This document shows positions 34,801-45,280 of a stretch of 64,000 nucleotides of DNA, piece by piece. The position numbers and the translations under genes are program-made. The stretch is from Bilabrum cf. latius (lineage: Eukaryota). The notes beneath the pieces are model-generated. The model did not search any database and had not been told where the DNA came from. It saw nothing but the letters and a program-made list of their open reading frames with translations. The stretch is from NCBI GenBank assembly GCA_965178125.1, contig OZ237735.1, positions 2,542,001 through 2,606,000 on the forward strand, written 5' to 3'. How positions within the stretch are numbered: position 1 is the stretch's first letter; every line of letters begins with the position of its first letter.

Positions 34801-36867
34801 GAGTGCTGCTCCTGCGGACCACTGGATAGCCTGCGGTGCACGTGCGTGGTCGTGCGACATGCTACTCGAGGCACGCAAGATGTCGCAGCCGACCAGACGA
34901 AATCCCGAGTGGACGGCTTGATGGTCGAGATCCAGGCTCAGGGACGCTTCAGCGAGCTGTTGGGCGATGAAATCAGTCCGTACATCGCCCGAGCCTCTAG
35001 CCGCCGCAGCGGTCAAACCCCTGGAAGCAACATGTACGCAGCCTCCAGCATGGGGGAACAAGCAGCCGTTTCGTCCAAGCCGCCCGATAGAGTGGCACAA
35101 CGGCTGCACGCCATTTACAATCAACATGTGGATGACGCCAGGCGCAAGCACCAGCCCGAGGCATCCCGGCAACTCGGCCGACAACACGATCCTCACGTTG
35201 ACACAGAACATGGTTCCTTAGTTCATGCCTCCATCGGCGGCCAGGCATACGAAATTAATGCATCCTCTTCTCTCGACGACGGCGTGCATGCCCACGACTC
35301 GGACTCGGACTCGGACTCGGACTCGGACTCGGACTCGGACTTGGAGGGCGATGCGGAAGCGCTCGACGACATGCTGCGGAGGGTAGTGCCAGGTTTCGAC
35401 GGACTCACCGACGGAGAGAAGAACGACTACCGTGGGGCTTACACGATCCTGCTCGCGGCACGCCCAGGGGCCAGTGAGGAAACCACCCTTGAAGGAGTCT
35501 AGGCAGGTGCATCCAAGAGAGGCGCCAGGCCAAGCATGGCAGCGGCCCGACGGTCCGTGCGCAGCCTGCTGGTGGACACTCTGGAGGACGAGGGCATGAG
35601 GGCCGTCATTCGGGGGACGCTGCTCAGCGAGGAGGGAGCTCACACGAAGGCCTGCGTGTACTCCGTCGCGTCCTTTGTGCTGCTGGCCGCAGTCCTTGCG
35701 TTCGTGCTCTGGTTCATCCTGGCGTTCGGGCTAACTAGGGGACGGGCCGTCATCTCGTCGTTCATGGTAACATTCTGGACGTCACAGGCCACCACGCTGA
35801 TCATCACCGAACCTTTGGTTATCTTGCTGGCGCTGGCGTGGGCGCTGACCTTTGGCCCGACGATGAACAAGTTCTTGAACTGGGTGCCGTGCTGCGGGGC
35901 CAAGGACGAGGCTGCCACATTCTCCGGCTCCAGGGTGCTCTCGGGGCGCGTGGAGAACGTGGCAATGCTGCATGCGGTTGGGGCGACTGCGGGGCTGGCT
36001 GGAAGCAATAGCCTACTTGTGTTTTCTAGCACTGCTGCCCTGTCGGCTGCTCTCGCGTCTGATTTTGCTACGTACGGACACGAGAAGGAGAACCGGCGAG
36101 CCAATGGCACCGCTCGTGCCTCTGCCTCCGGAGACGGTAGCGACAGCGGATCCGACGCAGACGCGGCAGCAGTTGGTATTGAGGCTTTGTCCGTGTCGGG
36201 TGGTGGTGAGGACGAGCAAGAGCTCTAGGAGCAGCGGCGCGCTCTGGCCAAACGGCAGCGAATGACCGGCGCGCGCATGGAGCGGCGGCTGCACGACCTG
36301 CTGACGAGAGAGTTTGCGCGGTTTAGATTCCATTCCGCGGTTAAGACGTTGAAGGGTTGCACTGCTCGCATCCGCTCCATCGCCGCAGAGCAGGCTAGAG
36401 ATGGCGAGGACCCGGCAGCAGTGGCAGCCTCGGCGGAGAGCCCCGCAGGGAGTGCCATGCAGGCCAGGAGCAAGCAAAGGGCCAGGGGCAGGCGCGGGAG
36501 TGTTGCAGTCGTGGGTCGGGCGCGGGCGTCACTGCAAGAGGTTCCAGGCTTCGGCGCGACTGAACGCCCGGCGTCGCCTTCCTCCGACCCTGGCGCGACG
36601 TGCGCTGCGGATGCCGACAAGGAGCCGCAGCCGCAGCCCGGCGCGGGTGTCGAGGCGGATGTGGCCACGGTGGGTGCCACATTATCCCTGTAGCAGTTTG
36701 AGCGCGATGCGGGGTTGAGTTCTGAGCGCCGTGCGGCCAGGGCCAAGAAGAGGTTCGCTCGAGCGAGGAAGGTCGAGACGCTCGAAGCTGCTCTTGATGC
36801 TGCGATCGAGAAGCAACGCTCTCGACTGCGTCGTGAGGTGCAAGGAGCTCTTGCAGACGGCTCATAA
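22825..36867 (+). CDS. Giant polycystin-1-like cell-surface receptor: signal peptide, 3x FG-GAP (integrin-alpha-like) propeller modules with Ser/Thr/Pro linkers, REJ-like region, GAIN/GPS, about 5 TM helices (~4,200 aa)
   Basis: Exon 1 22825-22902 = MLCSGLGARILHCLLLLRFGVLSGAQ. FG-GAP/Ca-binding blades GDLDGNGVLDVAIGA, GDVDQDGVPDLLVG, GDVDEDGVHDLAVAAP, DVDGDGTRDVVVG. Last exon 28402-36867 in one frame with about 19 TAGs. GPS ACIFWDETTQTWSADGC...CRCSHLTNFA (~32287-32400). PKD1-like TM motifs HVFLAAFLRFD...RTMRL...TAFFY and FGLTRG...FWTSQ...ITEPL. Ends at TAA. Confidence 0.8.
23219..27880 (+). repeat. Intragenic tandem triplication, unit ~1,673-1,675 bp (about 2.8 copies), containing exons and introns
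   Basis: Nearly identical 272-aa ORFs at 23336, 25009 and 26684 (offsets 1673 and 1675). The introns with TG microsatellites are copied too; only scattered substitutions differ. Confidence 0.97.
35296..35340 (+). repeat. (GACTCG)7 coding microsatellite encoding a DS dipeptide run
   Basis: Seen directly; translates as DSDSDSDSDSDSDSD. Confidence 0.95.
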
Positions 36868-37068
36868 CCATATTCTGGTAAGTAAAAACATCTGAAATCA
36901 CGTCTTCGTTCACGTATTCGCGCATGCACCTTGCGATGCAAATGAATCCGCAGTGGTCGCAAACGCCTGACCGGATCCGTTGCAACTTGGTACTTTTACT
37001 TGCTGTTAGGTCCTGCAACGGCCGAGCGAGCGGTGGTTGTCACTTACTGTGCTGTACTTTGTTCTGCA

Positions 37069-39378
37069 ATGGGCTGCGGTGCGAGCTCATCAATCATTCC
37101 AGACAGCAAGAAAAGGCAACAACGCAGACAGGAAAGCGCGTCCCGCATTCGTGCTCATATCCCATCGAGCTAGGCCGGTGCCTTCGCCGCTAGATTTGAA
37201 ATGGGGCGAATCCTCGGTAAAGGTGGATTTGCCGAGGTTCGCGAGGTCACTGAAATCAAGAGCGGCAAGCGGTTTGCCGTCAAAGTGCTCTCGAAGCTTG
37301 CAGCCATAGAGAGATCTCCCGACCCAAACGTGTCGTTAATCAACCTGCAAAGGACACATGCTGCATCCAGCGAAACTGGCAGCTCCCAAGGCGGTAGGAG
37401 AGGAGGATATGGAATGTCTGAACGCGACTTGGAGCTCATTGCGAATGAGGTTGGACTGCTCAAGGCACTCGCTGGCTCGCGGTACGTGGTCCGGCTTCAC
37501 GATGTAGTAGCTGATTTAGGCAATATATACTTGGTAATGGAGCTCTGCAGGGGCGGGGAACTCATGAAAGTGATCAGCTAGAGCAGGCGCATGACGGAAC
37601 GGGCGGCTGCATCGATATTCCGACAAATAGCCCGTGCTGTTGCCGACTGCCACGCTCTTAATATAGCACACAGAGACATCAAGCTGGAGAATGTCCTGAT
37701 CGCATAGCCTGTGGACCCCTCGTTCTTTCGTGCGTCAGGGGACGAAGTCGAGCGGCTTTGTCCAGACCTGCGGGTTTGCGACTTCGGGCTGGCCGTACGA
37801 ACCAGGCCCGACCGGCCCATGCGAGCAATGGTAGGCAGCGCATACTACACGGCGCCTGAGATAGTCAACCGAGAGGGATACTCCCTTGCTGTTGATGTCT
37901 GGTCGCTTGGAGCGGCCTTGTTCTTGCTGCTCTCTGGTCGCGTGCCCTTCGGCCAAGGCGCGAAGAAGAAGGCACAAGTGTATGAGGCCATAAGAAAAGA
38001 ACCCCTTCGGCTTACAGGTTCTGCATGGGAGCGCGTTTCGGCATCTGCCAAGGAGCTGGTCGCCGGCATGCTCGAGCGGGAGCCGAGCAAGCGATACACG
38101 ATCGAGCAAGTGCTCGAGCACCCCTGGCTGCAGGTCGGAACCGCGACCAGCGCAAGCGACGGCGAGCTGGACACTGGGGTGCTGCAGCGCCTGCAGAAAT
38201 TTGATGCGCGCAACCGGTTTCAGCGCAAGGCCCTCAGGCTTGTGGCCTCGAGCCTCTCCGCGGAGGACGTGCAGCGGCTCCGCAAGACGTTCGTCGAAAT
38301 GGACTCGGACGGGTCCGGCAGCGTCTCGTACGCAGAGCTTAGCGCTGCGCTGCGCCAAGCGGGGCTGCCGGACGAGGACATCGGCAAGCTGGCCGAGGCC
38401 TTGGACGAGGACGGTGACGGTCAGATTTCGTACGACGAGTTCATGGCCGTGGCGGCGCAAGAGCAGGTGAGCTTAGGTCAATCGGGTGCAATGCATTGCA
38501 GCTCGGTGCAATGCGTGCTTGCGCGGGTGTCCCTCCTGTCACCATCAGTCCAACGCACACCGTGTTCTGGCTCGTGTTGTCGCTGCTCGCTGCGATGCTG
38601 CGGACCGCAATGCTGGCAGTGCAATGCACGAGCTGCATGCCACACCACACCCCGAGCCTGCATTATTCTAATCCCATCACTATCATTCGCTTCCCTCTCT
38701 ATGATGCCGATGCCGCAGATGATCAACCACCAGAACAACATCTGGTGGGCCTTCTGCCAGTACGACGTGAACGGCGATGGCGTGCTGGGGATCGACGAGC
38801 TGAGGGAGGTGCTCAAGGGGGAGCCTGAGGAGAAGGTGCAGGCGTATCTCCACGAGGTGGACAGGGACGGGGACGGGAGGGTCAGCTACGTGGAGTTCTT
38901 GAAGATGCTGCTGCCGGGGGACGTCAAGTATCGGTTGAGCGCGGCATCGGGCGCGGAGGCGGTCGATCTGGAGTCGCCAGATTCGGGAGGCGCTTCTAGT
39001 GGCAGAGAATCGGGGGGGTCTGCCAGCGGGTCTGGTGGGGCCAGCCCGGGCGGTGCTGCTGGTGCTGCTGGTGCTGCTGGTGCGAGTGCAGGGGGCGAGG
39101 ACGAGATACCCGGGGGCTCTGCGCTGGCGGCGATGCTCCGTGCGCAGGCCAGTAGCGGGGGGGTGGCGAAGGGTGGAGCCGAGGTGGGGGGCAGCCTGAG
39201 GGTGCGCCGTAGCAGGAGTGGAAGCGGCATTGGCAGCGAGGCGGAGAGGGCGAGGAAGGGCGGGGGCGAGCTGCGGTCGCCAGAGGCTGGCAGTAATGAC
39301 GACCCTACGATGAGCGTGCCAGCCAGGGAGCTATCGTAGAGCGATATTGCCAGGCATGGCGGCACGGGTGGGTCTTGA
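37069..39378 (+). CDS. Calcium-dependent protein kinase (CDPK) with an N-terminal acylation motif and 4 EF-hands
   Basis: Starts MGCGASS. Kinase motifs LGKGGF, FAVK, HRDIKLEN, DFG, GSAYYTAPE, DVWSLG; four EF-hand loops (DSDGSGSVSYAE, DEDGDGQISYDE, DVNGDGVLGIDE, DRDGDGRVSYVE). Intron 38467-38718. TAGs at 37171, 37579, 37705 (the last two inside the catalytic domain) and 39337; TGA at 39376. Confidence 0.93.
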
Positions 39379-39469
39379 GTGCGACTTGGGCCTTGTCGTG
39401 CGCTGCACCTGCGTCGAGCAATTCTTCAGCTGCCCTTTTAAGCCCATTACAAAAGACATTGCTGTCAAA

Positions 39470-40055
39470 ATGGCCATGAGATCGAATGTGTTGTCAATGT
39501 ATCGCCGTATGCTTCGGGTGGCATCCAGGCTAGGCGATAAGGATAGGACGAAAGCCGAGCGGAAAATCCGAGACGGGTTCCGGCGGTGGAGTGGCGTCCG
39601 CGAGGCTGACACGTGAGATTTTGATTGCAATCGAGTGCAGGCAGCATGCAGTAGGATAGCATTTCTCATCCAGCCTCTGTAGCCTGCATTTTCCGCTGCA
39701 AGAACGCAGAGTAACACAGCTCTTGGAGGATGCCCAGAGGAAGATTGCTGTGATGCACATGAAGACACCAAAGTGGAGAAGACACCCCGAGGAAGAGAAG
39801 CGGGAGATATCAGAAGCACTTGCAAAGTATGCTGACGATGGCACACAGCGATAGGCCACTGGATCGACAACTTACGTGGCAAAGGATGGCAAGCTCGTGG
39901 GCGGCAAGGCTGCGATTCAGCAGAAGGCGCGTTACAGCAACTGGGGGATGGACAACTTAGATCCTGAAGATATTTCGAGGCATAAGCGGAACCTTAGACG
40001 ATTCTAGTTCTTGGACCGACCCGGCGGGCCGCCAAAATCACCGTTTTTGAGCTGA
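39470..40055 (+). CDS. LYR-motif (Complex1_LYR-like) mitochondrial protein
   Basis: MAMRSNVLSMYRRMLRVASRL...KIRDGFR; intron 39613-39709; exon 2 has two TAGs and ends at TGA 40053-40055. Confidence 0.75.
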
Positions 40056-40131
40056 ACCAGCCTGCCGGCATGCCGAGTTGAACAGATATACGTCATGTCT
40101 AGCCATGTGTTTAGATCATGCAAGCGCATAG

Positions 40132-42516
40132 TCACCCAAGCCTCGGTCTCTTCGCGCCCGGTGCAGACGGCAGCTTTCCCACCTCTTCCCCCGCCTCCCT
40201 CTTCCTCTTCATGATGGCCTCGATCTGCACCACCTGCCGGTCCAGCTGCCGCTCCCGCTTCTTCGCCTGCTTTGCCTCTTCCTTTGCCCGTGCCACTGCA
40301 CCCCCTTGGCTACCGCTGCCTTCGCCAGCAGCACCGGCAGCAGCGCTCTTCCCGCCGCCCTTCTCCTCGTCGCTGTCGTAGGCCTCTCCCAGCCCCGCGC
40401 CCAGGTCCCCCTCCTCCTCGGCGACACCGAGGTCCTCGCCCACGCCCACGGACGACAGACCCTTGAGGCGAAAGGCTGCGCCACCCGTCGCGACCCCCGC
40501 ACTCGTCACACGGGTACCGTCTTCACCCCCATCCTCCGTGTCGATCAGGTCCAGCTGGGCCTCCAGGCCGCCCTCCGGCCCGGCGAACCACCCGCGGCGC
40601 CGCGCTGCCACTCCTGCTGCCGAAGATGGGGGCACAGCCGCAGCTGTGGATGCACTGGATGGTCCCGACGAGGCCATGGGTTGCCCCCCGGCAGGTTGCG
40701 ACTCGAAGCCAGCTGTGTCCCCGTCAGCAGCGGCCTGCGCCTTGCTCTGGCTTCGCCTTGCTGCCTCCTCCAGCACGGCCGAAGTATCGTAGTCGCCTGC
40801 ATCTGCAAATATGTCTTCATCATCATCATCATCGCCATCATCCTCGTCTTTGGACTCTACTGCGGCTGCCGCGGAAGAGCCGCCTGACATTGGCGTCCTC
40901 CCAGCAGCCGATGGTCTGCCTGCTGCACCTGTGACGTGCTTCCCGGTCGCCGCATCGGCATCGAGTTCCAGAGACAGGCCCCGAGACACACCGCCGGGAC
41001 CAACCGGGGTCTTCTCTCCCTTGTTCCTCAAGATTCCCCGAGCAGGTGCTCGCTACGCAGACGCAGACGCAGCTGTCCACCCACTGGCACCGGCCATGTC
41101 GGCAGGCTCAAACATGGCGGCAGCCGATGCGCCTGCCACAGCCGCACGGCCGATGGCACCCTCCTTCCCTGTTTCCCGCTCTCCAAATACGACAGCCCGC
41201 TCCTCTCCGAAGCCCACCGCCCCCACCACCCCGGAGCCCACACCTGGGGACCGACTTCTCTCCGCTGTATCGGCTCGAGCTTGTTCCCTAGCTTGTTCCC
41301 TGGCCCGCTTGCGTCTCCTTCGCAGCCTCCTCAGCCCCTCTTCGCCCTGCCCCGCCGCCTCGCACGTTTCCTTGAGCAGCAGTCTCAGTCCCTCGGGCAG
41401 GCGGCACCCGATGAGGTCGTCCGTGGAGGGGCAGTCCTCGGCCGCGCGACGGGTCATCCGGGGGAGGGCAGCGAGGGCTGCCTGCATGGAGGCCCCGTGC
41501 AGGATGCGCGCCTCTGCCTCTGCCTCTGCTCCTGCTCCTGCATTCCCCGGGGCACCAGCAGCTCTAGAAGCAGGGGCGCCGCTGCTGGCAGCCTCCCGCT
41601 TGGCAGCGGACCTGCCAGCCTTGTATGCGGCGGCGGCCGCGCGGCCTGCCTGGGATGGCGAGGTCAGCTTGAAGGAGTAGGAGGTGCGCCACGGCAAGAA
41701 GTGCAGCTGGGAGCCTCCGGTCGGTGCCCCCGAGCTGCTCATCGCACTGCGGTGCAGGGCTAGGTCTCGGCGCTGCTGCACGGCTGCCAGGAGTGACGGC
41801 TGCGAGAGTTCCGAAGGCACCTCCGGCGAGACAGATCGCAGCTCGCTGCAGTATGCAGACAAGAGAGCAGGGTCCTAAAGTGGAGGCACGACGGGCAGGT
41901 GGACAGCGGCGGCGAGGCTCTCCATGTCAGTGCGATCCTGGTCGTCCAGGGCCGCGGCCGACCCTGGCAGCCTGGGCACAAGGTTCACGTAGCGCCTCGC
42001 TGAGATGCCCCCAGTCGGTAGCAAAGCATCGCTCGACTGCAACAAGTGCAAAAGAGAGGCAGCTATATGGCTCTTTGGTGCCAGGCGTTGGGGAGGGGGA
42101 CGCCGGGCGGCCTTCTCCTGCTCTAATGCGGACGACTTCGATCGCTCATGTGCCAGCTGTTGCCTGGTCTGCTCAACTAGGCCAAAATCGATGCCAGATG
42201 CAATGGCAGCCTCCGTTTGGGACCCTTGCTGCATCGCAGACAGCTACAGCGGCTTCTACTCGTCGTTCCCTTCGTTGGGCTCGTCTCCCTGTTCAGCTTT
42301 TCGCCTTTCAGCCGCCCGGTCCCTATAGTTTGATGCTGCAGAGTCTACGGTCCGGCTTGACGCATGGCGCCGCTGCCTTGCTTGTTTCTTTGGGGCCTTC
42401 TTCGCCACTGGCTACGGGGCTGCTTTGGGCTGCTTGGATTTCTTGCCACCCATGCGGCCTTCGGCTGGAACAGATGCCAGCATACTGCGGAAAAATTCCT
42501 AATCATGCCCACTCAT
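40132..42516 (-). CDS. IK: RED/IK-like spliceosomal protein
   Basis: One frame from ATG 42516 with about 6 TAGs to TGA 40132. Motifs YRDRAAERR, GIDFGLV, DEDIFADAGDYD and a C-terminal LDRQVVQIEAIM helix match RED N- and C-terminal regions. Confidence 0.75.
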
Positions 42517-42662
42517 TGTACCACGATCAGTTAGTGTAGAGTCGGTTGACGAAAATTGCATGCGAATTCAGCAATGCGTCCGCTCGTCACGGCATTCAGA
42601 TCAGATTCCTTTGCCTGGATTGCGAGCTGCTAGCTGCAGTTTTTTTCGATCAACGTTACCGA

Positions 42663-45099
42663 TCAGTCTTCCATCGCAGCCTAATCAGCCGCCCCGCCGG
42701 CGGCAGCCCCGCCTTCCCCGCTGCCCTCCGCAGACGCCTCCGCGCCCGCCTCCTCCGCTGCGCTGGCCTCTGCCGCCGCTGCCTTCTCCTTGGCCTTGGC
42801 AGCGCGCCGCGCCGCCGCCTGGGCCTGCTTTGCCAGCTTCTTTGCCGCCTCTTCCTCCCTGCGCCGTGCGGCCGCCAGCATGACCTCTTTGTTGATGAGG
42901 TGAGTCGTCCGCTCCACCTTGCCTAGCAGCGTGCTTAGGTCAGCGCTCCAGTCGGACAGCCGCTCCGCAGCGGTCCTCGGGGCAGCAAATGTCACCACAC
43001 CCGAGGGCCGGTCGATCCGGGCGTGCAAGTCACCGCCGCTCACCATGGCACCAAGCTCGGCCTCGAGGGGCTCCACTGGCACGCCGAGCAGCTCGGACGC
43101 CCGCAGGAGACCGACCCGCTGGTAGTACTTTGCCAGCACCCTCAGGTTGTGCTGGCACACCCTCTTCTTCAGCAATCGCCACAGCGTGGGGCCCTCTGTC
43201 GTCGTGGCAGCACCCCCTGTCCAGCCCGCCGCGTCCCCCAGAGGCTCGTGCTCCTCCTTTCCAGCGTCGTCGTCATCCGTCTCCATCGCCTTGCTTTCGC
43301 CTGCGCCGGCACCGGCACCGGCGCCAGAGGATGCCGCAGTGGATCTGCCGCCACCCGCCGCACGCACAGCTGCATCATCTGGAGCGGGCACCAGCATGGG
43401 ATGCGCGGACAGGACGGGCACCTTTTCGTCGTACTCCGGTCCCCCGGGGATCGTGGCATCAGTCTCCTCGGGCTCCTCCTCCTCCTCCTCCTCCCCGTCC
43501 TTCTTCTCCTCTTCAGCCGCTCCCTTCTTCCCTTTGCCCTTGGCAGCTGCGCCCTTGCCGCCCTCCGTTGCATCGCCATCGTCATCGTCTCCATCGTCCT
43601 CCATGGCTGCCGCGCCACCAGCGGCGGCACCTGCAGGGGCCGGGGGCTCCGGCTTGGCATAGTCGTTGGACGAGAAGCTGTCGGCCGCCTTGCCCGCAGC
43701 CTCCGAATCGAAATCGGACGACTCTCCGTCCAGGGGCCACGCGATCAGCTCGCTCCCCGTGAGCTGCCTCAGCAGGGAGTGGTACCTGCCCAGCCGCTTG
43801 AGCCGCTTGGAGCGGAGCAGCGAGTGCATGAGCACCTCTGCCTCCTCATCGTAGGGACTCAGGGCAGCGGAGAGGGCTGCCCTGGCCATGGCATCTCTCC
43901 ACCTGACGGGGTCGTTCTTCACAGCGGGCACGGCGAGGATGGCGGTGTAGTCCTGTGCCATCTCGAGGGTCTGCTTCCTGTGCCTGTGCAGGCGGATGAG
44001 CAGGTCCCGGTGCCTCAGCTGCAGGTCGGCAAGCTCGGGGCTGCCGATGATCTTGTCGCTGATCTTGTTCGCGATGATGCCCATCCTCACGTAGTCGCGC
44101 TGCCGGTGCGTCAGACGCACCTGCTCCAAGATAAAGTCGGCCTTCTCTCGCGCCGCCATGCTGCCGTACGTCTCCACCGAGACCTCTTGCAGGGTGCTGG
44201 AGGCCTCGTCGAGGCGGCCGTCTGCCTCCAGTACCTCTGCAAGGGATTTCGTGAGGCGTGCGCGCTCCACCTCGACGAACATCCTGCCCTCTGTGACCGA
44301 GCGCAAGGCGGTGATGAGATCCACGCGCACCTGCTTGGGCGCGAGCGGGGTGTTCGTTTTCTCGCGGGCTTCCATGTCTTGGCATACCGTCCAGCACCTC
44401 TATGTCATGTCTGAAATGGCCTGCGGTCCAAATGGGGTGAGAAGCAGCTCTGGGGCGCTCGCAATGCAAGCAACTACATTTGAAGCAATACTGCGCTACG
44501 CAACAGCTCGGTGTACGCAGCAGCTTTGGTGCGATCCGCTGCAGGTTGCCTCACCTGCTTGAGCTAGCCTCGTTTCTTTGCCAAAAGCTGGACGGTGGCA
44601 GTCAATTCTTTGTAGTCGTTGGCTGCAATGCATGCATCCAGCAGCGCCACGCAAACCCGAGCCGTGGCAAAGCTGTCTCCTGCCTGCGATCGCGACAAGT
44701 CACAGTGCATCCATGATATCAAATGCATAGTTATCAAATCGTGGCACCGGTGTAATACGCATCATGCGCGTCTGGCATGCCCTCCATCCCAAAAGGCCAC
44801 TCACTTGCCTAGTTTTCTTTTCAAGCACCTGTCCAGCTTCCAATGCATCAGCAAGCTTACCAGACTGCAACGAGGTGAGATTTTATCCATCTTATCAAGT
44901 ATAGAGGCAGTGCTGCAAAGCATATTACAGAGCGGTGGAGCAAACGGACGATCCAATGATGCTTGCTCACCCTGGCATCTTGCATAATGGTTGGGACGAG
45001 CTCGTCGATCTCAGGAGTGAAATCGTGCTTCTTCTTGTTCGATTCGCTTTCGTCGGGGAATCCCATTGAGGACTCGGGCTCTTTGCTTTCGGACGCCAT
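42663..45099 (-). CDS. PSMD12: 26S proteasome lid subunit Rpn5/PSMD12
   Basis: Four exons. Motifs LEKKTRQ, LAKKRG-TAG-LKQ, VTEGRMFVEVERARLT, LQEVSVETYGSM, FILEQVRL, HNLRVLAKYY, ARIDRPSGVVTF. Reads through TAG 42681 to TGA 42663-42665. Confidence 0.95.
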
Positions 45100-45280
45100 G
45101 GTTCTTGACAATCCAAGTGGGCTGTTCGATGCCGTCGATTGGTATCCAAGTGCACCTTACAAAAGAACCCCCAAGATTTTTTTGTTAATGTCGGGCCACG
45201 AGCATGTGATGGATAGCAAATGACCAATAGCAGCAAGTGAATTATTTGTTGGTTTAGAACACGCAAGCTAGACTGGTGCC

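Noticed and set aside
43023-44414. 463-aa plus-strand ORF (and similar long antisense ORFs such as 51045-53054, 34060-35211 and 59087-60304)
   Set aside because: Antisense to well-supported genes; no recognisable domains.
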